DNA of 64,000 bases. It comes from Nitrosopumilus sp. Its GTDB lineage: Archaea; Thermoproteota; Nitrososphaeria; Nitrososphaerales; Nitrosopumilaceae. Shown here one piece after another: positions 29,253 through 37,079 of this stretch. The stretch covers positions 1,184,001 to 1,248,000 of the forward strand of contig OZ244650.1 in NCBI GenBank assembly GCA_965218785.1, in the 5' to 3' direction. Every line of letters starts with the position of its first letter. Position 1 is the first letter of the stretch. The translations under genes were made by a program, and so were the position numbers. The notes beneath the pieces were generated by a model. The model was not told where the DNA came from. It did not search any database and saw only the letters and a list, made by a program, of their open reading frames with translations.

Positions 29253-29669
29253 ATGAAGAAACCATCTCGATCTACTACAAAAAAACGTACAAAAGAACAA
29301 ATTCAAAAGGCAAAATACAACGAAAAATGGGATCAAAACAATCCTGAAAAGAGAAGAGAATATTCTATAAATTATCTACAAAACAACTCTGAAAAAATAA
29401 GGGAACGTCACAGAGGATATTATCGAAACAATCCTGAAAAATACAAAGTCGCTGCTAAAAAATGGCAGAAAGAACACCCAGAAAGAGTCAAAGCCAACCA
29501 TGCCAAATGGAAGGAAAAAAATCCTGAAAAAGCCAATGAATATCAGATAAAATGGAGGAAAAACAATCCTGAAACGTCAAGAGAACGTGTCAGGGAATCC
29601 AAAAAAAAGGCTCGGGAGTTAGAGACTAAAAATAGGTTGCAGGCAAAAAAAATGAAGGGAAGGGGATAA
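29253..29669 (+). CDS. Basic protein with 15-aa (W/Y)xxxNPEK helical repeats
   Basis: Six repeats (WDQNNPEK, YLQNNSEK, YYRNNPEK, WQKEHPER, WKEKNPEK, WRKNNPET). Confidence 0.6.
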   Translation: MKKPSRSTTKKRTKEQIQKAKYNEKWDQNNPEKRREYSINYLQNNSEKIRERHRGYYRNNPEKYKVAAKKWQKEHPERVKANHAKWKEKNPEKANEYQIKWRKNNPETSRERVRESKKKARELETKNRLQAKKMKGRG

Positions 29670-29672
29670 TAT

Positions 29673-29894
29673 CTATCCGTTAAGGATACATGCTGCCAGC
29701 ATGAGACTCAGTGATAGTTGCTGTTCAGCAGTGGCATTTTCCACATCTGCATCAGTTAATTGCAGTGCTGCCTCACAATCCTGCTCCTGGATGATTTTAT
29801 CTAGATCAGGACCAGATGAAATACTCAGTGTTCCTACCCCTATCCCTATCGCAACTATGATAATAATCGGGATAATTATGGCGATTTTGTTCAT
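29673..29894 (-). CDS. Small membrane-anchored protein
   Basis: Strong N-terminal TM helix; two Cys. Confidence 0.55.
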   Translation of the reverse strand: MNKIAIIIPIIIIVAIGIGVGTLSISSGPDLDKIIQEQDCEAALQLTDADVENATAEQQLSLSLMLAACILNG

Positions 29895-30009
29895 TGTATG
29901 CAGGAAAGCACTTCCATTATTAAATTCGAGAGATTATCTCCAAGTCATATTTAGCTCAAATTATTTTACTATGGCAAATAGTTATAATCTGTAGTTTGTA
30001 GATGTTGTC

Positions 30010-30573
30010 ATGTTTGGTAAAAAATTGGGAGATCCACTACTTGATGAAAAAGAGAATGAAAAGATATCTCCCCGGTTAGACGAGGGGGAGAAGATTATAA
30101 TGTCAATCAGGCAGTCCAGGATAAAGCCAGGAGGTGCTGCCATTGTAACACCCAATTCCATATTTGTTACTCCAAATAGAATTATAATCCGAAATCCAAT
30201 CAGACTTGGATTTGGAGAGCATATTGAAGAGTATTTTTATCATCAAATTACCAATGTCCGTCTTGAAAAGGGATTGATGTCATCATCACTGGTATTTGCA
30301 ATTCCCGGGTTGACTGAAATATCAAAGACCGACAGGAAGCTCATGTTGTGGGGTCGTGATTCTGAGGGGATCATTGATGCAATTCCAAAGGCAGGTGCAG
30401 AGGCCATGTATAACTACGTCAGGGAACGAATTGAGGAGGCGAAACTCAAAAAAGAAGAGGGCAAGACACCTCAAAACACTGCAACAGATCCGATTAATGA
30501 GCTCAAGGTGAGATATGCCAGGGGCGAGATTACCAAGGAAGAGTTTGAAGAGATGAAGAGTGTTCTGGAATAA
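30010..30573 (+). CDS. Bacterial-type PH domain protein with C-terminal SHOCT
   Basis: LDEGEKI...IFVTPNRIII...ITNVRLEKGL; LKVRYARGEITKEEFEEMKSVL. Confidence 0.85.
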   Translation: MFGKKLGDPLLDEKENEKISPRLDEGEKIIMSIRQSRIKPGGAAIVTPNSIFVTPNRIIIRNPIRLGFGEHIEEYFYHQITNVRLEKGLMSSSLVFAIPGLTEISKTDRKLMLWGRDSEGIIDAIPKAGAEAMYNYVRERIEEAKLKKEEGKTPQNTATDPINELKVRYARGEITKEEFEEMKSVLE

Positions 30574-30611
30574 AAAGAAGGGTATGGACCAATTCTGGTG
30601 ATCTTGTAGTT

Positions 30612-30845
30612 CTAATCAGATGTAGATTTTAACCGCTGATATGTGCTAGGACTTGTTCGTATAATTAATCCCTTAGAACACAAGTCATTAATTCTACTCC
30701 TAATCCTATGTCTGACATCTATATGATTTATTACTTGATTCTCCTGTGCATAAGTTTCTTCAATTATTTTGTATACATCTTGTAGGGTGTGTTTTTTTTC
30801 ATCTTCAAATATGCTTAAAACAAGATTAGACATTATTATTTTCAT
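30612..30845 (-). CDS. Small winged-helix protein
   Basis: TLQDVYKII...IRSRINDLCSKGLIIRTSPSTY; ATGA overlap with the endonuclease stop. Confidence 0.6.
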   Translation of the reverse strand: MKIIMSNLVLSIFEDEKKHTLQDVYKIIEETYAQENQVINHIDVRHRIRSRINDLCSKGLIIRTSPSTYQRLKSTSD

Positions 30846-31951
30846 CGATTCTCGTCCTCAATTATTTCATTCCATTTTTCTTTATGTATGTACAATAAAG
30901 CTGGATCAGTTTCAAGTAATCCTACATAATTTCTTATAAAATCATTAGTAGATCTTAAAAGACGTAAATAGTATTTTAGAGTCTGCATGACTCCGTTTAC
31001 AATAACTTGACATTCATGTTTATTTTCAGTTTTACGTATTTCATCAATTACATCATTAGTTGCATTATAATCATTAAACGTAGTTAAGAGATAATATCGG
31101 TCAATCTCTTCACGTTTAAATTTTTCGTAAGACAAAAACACCATCTCCCTTGTTATGACTTGATCATGTTTTACCTCAATCGCTTCAAATATGCCCCCCT
31201 TAGCATTTTCTATTTCTATATCTCCGATAGATCCTGTCCTGGAATCCGCGGCTGTGTGCGACTCTAGTGGTTTAAGTTTATAATCTTTGTATCGTTCTAT
31301 TTCGACAATCATTTGTTGATATGCAGAATATATTGCAAGTACAGGAAGTCTGGCTGCACCACGTCCAGCATATTCTCCTGTAAAATGTCTATATAAAATA
31401 CGTATTATTTCTTCAATATGTAAATCACAGGGGACAGTGAGTTCTATTTGTTGTCTATTTCTATCTTCTAATAATTTTTGTAAAAAATAAATCATTAAAG
31501 TATCTGCCGAATGTTCATTCACTTGTACTTCATTTATGAGATTTAAAAAAGCATCTTTAACTTTCGGAGAACTCATCTCAGCATTATAATTCATGGTGTA
31601 AGGATTGTTACTTTCAAATGACCTGGTGAGCCATCCAGAACCGGATTTCATATATGGAAAATTATTGGTACGTAGAAAATCCGTTGTGACCTTTTGATCT
31701 AAACCCCGACCAGAATATCCACCATTCATCTGTTTTTGATGATAACGTATATCCTGTTGTGGAACTATTGATTTTTTGAGAAATGATGTAAGTAATACCG
31801 CTAAAGGTGAACGAGTTGTACTTTTTAATATTATATCCGACCATTGTTCTATATTTTCAGCAAGAATGATTCGAGGTTGTTGTTGGGCGTCCTCAAAACG
31901 TTGTAAAAGTCTATTTTCATATATTGAATAATCAATGCGTCTTTCAGTCAA
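30842..31951 (-). CDS. Putative type II restriction endonuclease (PD-(D/E)XK)
   Basis: GDIEI...EAIEVKH catalytic motif; 4-nt overlap with the methyltransferase stop. Confidence 0.7.
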   Translation of the reverse strand: MTERRIDYSIYENRLLQRFEDAQQQPRIILAENIEQWSDIILKSTTRSPLAVLLTSFLKKSIVPQQDIRYHQKQMNGGYSGRGLDQKVTTDFLRTNNFPYMKSGSGWLTRSFESNNPYTMNYNAEMSSPKVKDAFLNLINEVQVNEHSADTLMIYFLQKLLEDRNRQQIELTVPCDLHIEEIIRILYRHFTGEYAGRGAARLPVLAIYSAYQQMIVEIERYKDYKLKPLESHTAADSRTGSIGDIEIENAKGGIFEAIEVKHDQVITREMVFLSYEKFKREEIDRYYLLTTFNDYNATNDVIDEIRKTENKHECQVIVNGVMQTLKYYLRLLRSTNDFIRNYVGLLETDPALLYIHKEKWNEIIEDENR

Positions 31952-32964
31952 AGAACATCACCTATTCTCTCTGTCGCGGTTTTACAGTAGTTTGGATTTA
32001 CATCAATCCCGATATAATCTCTTTTGAGTTTTTTGGCCACAACACCTGTCGTTCCACTACCCATATAGGGATCCAATACTATCGCCTTATCTGGAGTGAG
32101 GAGACTCACGATATTATGTAGTATTCGCTCAGGATATATTGCAGGATGATCATTCCATTTTATACTTTCCACATTACTGATTATTACATCTCGTTTTATT
32201 GATTTACCAGTCAACCGAATTATCGTGAATCCATTATTTTTTATCTGCGTGTTTCGTCCACCGTCCTGACCGCCAAATGCTGGAGCATGTATTCCACGTA
32301 TTTTCATTCTAAACCCAGAAATTTTACTACATTTTACATCTTTTATCGTTTTATTTAATTCCTGCAACGCATGTTTTTTTTCAGATTTGGATAGCTTAGA
32401 ATGGCGTATAAGTTCTTTATACTGGGTTCCGATCGTGGTATTTTTTATTGGTTTTGTAATCTTGATCTCTGTTTTTTGATCAAAGGCATCAATATTATAA
32501 AAATAATCATCAGATTTCACAAAATGAAAGAATGGTTCAGTACTACTTACAAGACGTCTCCGGAATTGTCTGGGGGTAGGATTAGTCTTAACCCATGTAA
32601 TATTATTCACTAGTTTTACTTTACCTGTACTAGTAGCTTGAATTGCAAAACGATATGGCACAAGCATCAAATTTCCTTTCAAATATTTATCACCCATATT
32701 AAATACAATACTACCAGTATTCTTCGTAATTCTCACACATTCATCAAATACATCCATAACTGCATCTATGTAATTTTTAATTGAATTTTCTTGCCCCGTC
32801 TCCCCCCAACCATATGTTCTTTGTTTAAAATATGGAGGAGATGTAACTGTAAGATCAACGGTGTTGTCTGGAATCTTTTTTAATATACGTACACTATCTC
32901 CACATTGTATTGAATTTAAAAATCGAATTTGATTTTTCTTTTTAGTTATGAGGGATATGTTTAT
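31948..32964 (-). CDS. Beta-class amino (N4C/N6A) DNA methyltransferase; true start upstream of ATG 32757, probably ATA at 32964
   Basis: In-frame VTSPPY (motif IV, ~32830-32847) lies upstream of the first ATG; HPAIYP; VLDPYMGSGTT motif I. Confidence 0.85.
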   Translation of the reverse strand: MNISLITKKKNQIRFLNSIQCGDSVRILKKIPDNTVDLTVTSPPYFKQRTYGWGETGQENSIKNYIDAVMDVFDECVRITKNTGSIVFNMGDKYLKGNLMLVPYRFAIQATSTGKVKLVNNITWVKTNPTPRQFRRRLVSSTEPFFHFVKSDDYFYNIDAFDQKTEIKITKPIKNTTIGTQYKELIRHSKLSKSEKKHALQELNKTIKDVKCSKISGFRMKIRGIHAPAFGGQDGGRNTQIKNNGFTIIRLTGKSIKRDVIISNVESIKWNDHPAIYPERILHNIVSLLTPDKAIVLDPYMGSGTTGVVAKKLKRDYIGIDVNPNYCKTATERIGDVL

Positions 32965-33104
32965 CGCTTCCTCTCTTTATTCCAATACGGAGATTTACAC
33001 GAACGCCCGGCACAGCATTTTGGACTAGGCGTTGTCGAATACCAAATATGATCACATCTGTTGCATTCATGTCGAAAATAATCCCCATCAACTTTCTGAC
33101 TCAT
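32961..33104 (-). CDS. 47-aa Zn-ribbon protein (MSQKVDGDYFRHECNRCDHIWYSTTPSPKCCAGRSCKSPYWNKERKR)
   Basis: Manual translation; CxRCxHxW...C..CKSPYWN; stop overlaps the MTase ATA. Confidence 0.7.
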   Translation of the reverse strand: MSQKVDGDYFRHECNRCDHIWYSTTPSPKCCAGRSCKSPYWNKERKR

Positions 33105-33187
33105 ACAAATCTAAAACTCAAATCACATATATGGCTTTCTGTGATATATGGCACTAAGTATATATGGTATAGAGCCATATATACAAC

Positions 33188-33307
33188 ATGCAGAGATATG
33201 ATGATGAAGAACAAAAAATGAGGGATGGGGAAATCCTCATGAGTGATTTAATAGGCTCTGAATATCTTTGCATTTCCCACTTTATAATTTTTGAGGTGTT
33301 TTCATGA
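33188..33307 (+). CDS. 39-aa leader ORF coupled to the transposase
   Basis: ATG after a TATA-like tatata; TGA overlaps the transposase ATG (ATGA). Confidence 0.35.
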   Translation: MQRYDDEEQKMRDGEILMSDLIGSEYLCISHFIIFEVFS

Positions 33308-34698
33308 ATCGAAGAGTAAAAAAAGCAAAACAGATCATGCTGATAGATGGTTATTGCTCCCAGATCAACAGGGATAATTTCTTAGTCAAATCCCAGGCTG
33401 TACCACAGAAGGAATATCTGATTTCTAATATAGGGGAAAGATTTGTCTGTGAATGTGCAGACTTTATCACTACTGAAAAAGACTGCAAGCACATCAAGGT
33501 GGTACTAGAGGTAACAACAGAACCCAAACCAACACCCATGATGGCAAACAGACCAAGGCCGGTTCATACAACAAACGCAAGACAACAGAGAGCAAGGCAG
33601 ATTATGACAAAGAAAGGTCATGCCTCCCAAATTACACTAGATCAATTCAAAGTCAGGTCCCAGACTGATCCTTCAAAATTTTATATCATTAAAAGAACTG
33701 ATAACGGTCTTGTCTGTGAGTGTCCCGACCACCAGGAAAGAAAGGCGGACTGCAAGCATATCAAGGTAATATTGGAACATATCCAAAAGAATGTCTTTAG
33801 TCATGACGGATTTAGAATCATTGAAAGATCAATAATCAAGGTATGCAAATTCTGCGATTCTGGAAATATTGTAAAGGCAGGATTGAAGAAAAACAAGACT
33901 GGTAATTTGCAGAGGTTCAAATGTCAGGACTGCAAGAAGCGTTTTACTACGAACTTTGGATTTGAGAATATGCGACATGACAAGAGAACCATAACCCAAG
34001 CTATTCAGATGTATTATCAGGGAATGAGTGTAAGATCCATTTCAAACAACTTTGCGATGATGGGTACTGACATATCATTCAAGGCAATCTATAACTGGAT
34101 AACAAAGTATTCTGTCATGGTTTCAGAATATCTAAACGAGATTGTCCCCAGAACCAATGCCAGGACCATGGTTAGGGCAGACGAGGTATGGGTAAAAGTT
34201 GCAGGAGATCAAAAATACCTGTTTGCCTCTATGGATGATGATACCAGATATTGGATAGCATCAGACATGGCAGAAACAAAGTTCCAACATGATGCCGATT
34301 CTCTCCTGGAACTGACCAAAGTGCAGATTGGAAAATCACCATCTCATTTTGTCACTGATGGGCTTCCTGCATATATGAAATCCTCAAAGAAAATATTTGG
34401 CAAAAACACCCACCATACAAGACACATTCACATTTCAGGAAAAAGGGACAGAGATAACAATAATAAAATGGAGAGATTGAACGGTGGAATCCGAGACCGG
34501 GAAAAAGTCTTTAGAGGACTCAAGAAATTCGACACACCTCTCATTGACGGCATGAGAGTCTATTACAACTATACAAAAAATCATGGGGCTTTGAAAGGCA
34601 AGACACCTGCAGAACAGGCCATGATAAGCGTGGATGGTAAGAACAAGTGGATCACCTTGATTCAAAACAGCTCCCTTTATCGTGGAAATCTGAAATGA
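33304..34698 (+). CDS. IS6/IS240-like DDE transposase with two N-terminal SWIM fingers and a Zn ribbon
   Basis: CECADF..CKHI and CECPDH..CKHI; CKFC..CQDC; ADE, VTDG, NNKMERLNG; YYNY..H..LKGKTPAE. Confidence 0.9.
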   Translation: MNRRVKKAKQIMLIDGYCSQINRDNFLVKSQAVPQKEYLISNIGERFVCECADFITTEKDCKHIKVVLEVTTEPKPTPMMANRPRPVHTTNARQQRARQIMTKKGHASQITLDQFKVRSQTDPSKFYIIKRTDNGLVCECPDHQERKADCKHIKVILEHIQKNVFSHDGFRIIERSIIKVCKFCDSGNIVKAGLKKNKTGNLQRFKCQDCKKRFTTNFGFENMRHDKRTITQAIQMYYQGMSVRSISNNFAMMGTDISFKAIYNWITKYSVMVSEYLNEIVPRTNARTMVRADEVWVKVAGDQKYLFASMDDDTRYWIASDMAETKFQHDADSLLELTKVQIGKSPSHFVTDGLPAYMKSSKKIFGKNTHHTRHIHISGKRDRDNNNKMERLNGGIRDREKVFRGLKKFDTPLIDGMRVYYNYTKNHGALKGKTPAEQAMISVDGKNKWITLIQNSSLYRGNLK

Positions 34699-34918
34699 GC
34701 ATACGGGACTGATACCTACCGTTCCATCTGTCAAATTCGCATATTTTGAAGATAGATGCATATTTGATCACCTAACACCGTATCTGACATTCTAACATTC
34801 CATACATGATGAAAACAACTGGATGGGATTGTTTATACAAAGTATTTGTTCTCATTTGCGATCAGAAAATGATGAATCTAATTTGTGCCTATATCCCCAC
34901 AACTACACAGAACCCCCG

Positions 34919-36415
34919 TCATAATTTTTCAATTTTAAGATTCTGATCGGATAATATTTTTTCTAGTAGTTTGATCTCCCGCATCTCCTGAGCATAAGGT
35001 GTGATGGATTCAACATGTCTCAGATCGGCATTATCTGGTATCCATTTAATACTCCTCCCATGCTCGTCTTTTCTCCTTAGCATCTTGAATAACTCCATAT
35101 ATTGTCTAGGAGAGACGCCTATGAATGGCTCAAACTGAACCTTGTCCCTCACCATCTCCTCATCCACTGTAATCGAGTCATCATACAATTCCTTTGCCAG
35201 GCTTTTTGGATATGGTTCAATGTAGACCAGTCTTGAAATTCCGCTTGCAATGATGTGCTTGGCACAGATATGGCATGGAAAAGTCGTACAGTACATCGTG
35301 CAACCCGTCACGGAGATCCCCATACGCAATGCACTCATCAGGGCGGACATCTCGGCATGCACCTCCCTGCCATATTCTATAAGATTGAGAAATGCCGATC
35401 TTTTGATTCGCTCTGATTTCAGGGCCTCGACTGCCATGTCTGCTTTTTTAACATCATCGGACAGCCATCCCTCTTTGTTCAGATTAGACAGGAATTCGTC
35501 AAGTGCCTCTGTCTTTTTACGCGTGTTGGAATCATATCCAATCTTCCACTCCCTTGCATCATTTGGATCCCCTGCCAGATAATGGCCGCCATTAGCCTTT
35601 GGAACCTCGTTTATTCCAGTAGATATCAAATCTCCTGATTTGGTAAGGATCGATGCACCTACCTGCCTTGATAACGAGGAAGATGCCATTGAGACAGTAA
35701 GGGCGTGCATCATTCCAGATTCCTCGATGGAGGGCGTATTGTGTGTGTTTTTAAACAAGAGTTCTACAAACTTGTCAACGGACTTGTCAAGATCCTTTCC
35801 CATGTTGAGAAAGACATCAGCCTCTGAGAACGTGTCTCTGACATTTTGTCCCAGTGGATTGTCATCATCATGTTTATCGCGCCTTATCAGATTCTCCACA
35901 TAATCATCAGTATTGTTTTTGCTACTGTCTGAGATCTTTTCTGTCAGATATTGGACCCGATTGTTGTACGTTGAATAGACTGAGACAAGCCAAAAGTTCC
36001 TGCCGTATACACTTCGTAGCTTTTTTACTTCGTCTACATGTTTTAGGGATTTGAATATGTAAGCCTGTCTGTCGTTGGTTTCATGGGATTTTTCTTGTGG
36101 GTTATTCCTGTTTTTGAATATATAGATCATGGCAAGACTGATCAAGGCGCCGCCCATTCCGGTTTTTTCTCGGAATCTGTCCCCTGCATCCATCAGTGCT
36201 TTGATCCTGGCATACTCATCCTGCCCGTCATGCTCATCTACAAGTCCTGTAACCAGTCCCAAAAGATTACTCAGTACGATGGTTTCTGTTTTGTATTTCA
36301 GAGTCTGCAGCTTGGCTTTAAATATTTCAGAGACTGCATCTAAATCAGTACCGACTGCCCCCGTCAATCCAATGAACAGCTCTGGCGGTTTTGTGTTATT
36401 ATGTGTACTAGTCAT
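34919..36415 (-). CDS. Anti-phage-type dCTP deaminase (AvcD-like: P-loop kinase domain plus deoxycytidylate deaminase)
   Basis: ELFIGLTGAVGTDL, SLKHVDEV, SRQVGA, NEVPK, HAE, TTFPCHICAKHI, YIEPYPKS. Confidence 0.88.
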   Translation of the reverse strand: MTSTHNNTKPPELFIGLTGAVGTDLDAVSEIFKAKLQTLKYKTETIVLSNLLGLVTGLVDEHDGQDEYARIKALMDAGDRFREKTGMGGALISLAMIYIFKNRNNPQEKSHETNDRQAYIFKSLKHVDEVKKLRSVYGRNFWLVSVYSTYNNRVQYLTEKISDSSKNNTDDYVENLIRRDKHDDDNPLGQNVRDTFSEADVFLNMGKDLDKSVDKFVELLFKNTHNTPSIEESGMMHALTVSMASSSLSRQVGASILTKSGDLISTGINEVPKANGGHYLAGDPNDAREWKIGYDSNTRKKTEALDEFLSNLNKEGWLSDDVKKADMAVEALKSERIKRSAFLNLIEYGREVHAEMSALMSALRMGISVTGCTMYCTTFPCHICAKHIIASGISRLVYIEPYPKSLAKELYDDSITVDEEMVRDKVQFEPFIGVSPRQYMELFKMLRRKDEHGRSIKWIPDNADLRHVESITPYAQEMREIKLLEKILSDQNLKIEKL

Positions 36416-36535
36416 CTCGCATCATGATTTGTTATGTGGTATATAATATTAAAGATATCTTGATCGATGCATACAACAGACGTCACAGGTTATCATACAA
36501 TAACCAGCTACAACACATATCAAAGCATATCATGT

Positions 36536-36667
36536 TGGTGAAAGACCCATCTAAATGAAAAGACTTGCATACATACATTTTTTGAGTGGGCTGGGATGTA
36601 AAACATCAGATAAAGAGCAAATTCACACCGCGGGAAAGACAAAAAGTCCGGGAATCAATAAACGCCA
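36536..36667 (+). mobile_element. Degenerate left end of the IS3-like/MITE family
   Basis: tggtgaaagacccatctaaatgaaaagacttgcatacatacattttttgag aligns to 26169 and 12216. Confidence 0.6.
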
Positions 36668-36679
36668 GAATCAGCAACG

Positions 36680-36932
36680 GGATTCCAACACGCAACATAT
36701 TGTAGATAATGCGCTTGCAGACATTTATCCTCTGCAAATCCCTCCAGTCTTGGAGTGTACAGGCAAAACATGAGAACTTTTTCTTGTGATCTTTGCAAAA
36801 AATATCGTATAGGTATTCAATCCGATCCAACGGGGGAATCATAGACTGCCTCGGGTATGCGACCACAAGTCCGTCTATGGCAAAGACAGCACCAGCATAA
36901 TTTTTTTCTTGTACAACCCGCCGCCGGATGTG
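36680..36932 (+). pseudogene. Second, 5'-truncated copy of the RelE-like relic
   Basis: Highly similar to 27745-28000. Confidence 0.7.
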
Positions 36933-37079
36933 ACTCAGTACCATCATTTTCTTCATTTTAAAGTGCGTCTAAGGTGTATCATAACATATCAACTCGAACG
37001 TAACAACATTTTCGCCATCGAGTCCTTCTTAATCTTGCAAGTAATGTTGTGATATCTGAATGCCACTATTTCTTCTTAC

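Larger units (their letters stand above)
28865..34914 (+). mobile_element. IS6-like cargo transposon (transporter IS), 6,050 bp
   Basis: TIR GGTTCTGTGTAGTTGTGGGGATAT at 28865 and inverted ending at 34914; 8-bp TSD CCCGTCAT at 28857-28864 and 34915-34922; single DDE transposase near the right end. Confidence 0.9.

Noticed and set aside
28861-29254. Two overlapping minus-strand ORFs at the transposon left end
   Set aside because: Possibly one frameshifted cargo gene, but no recognisable motif, and it runs through the TIR
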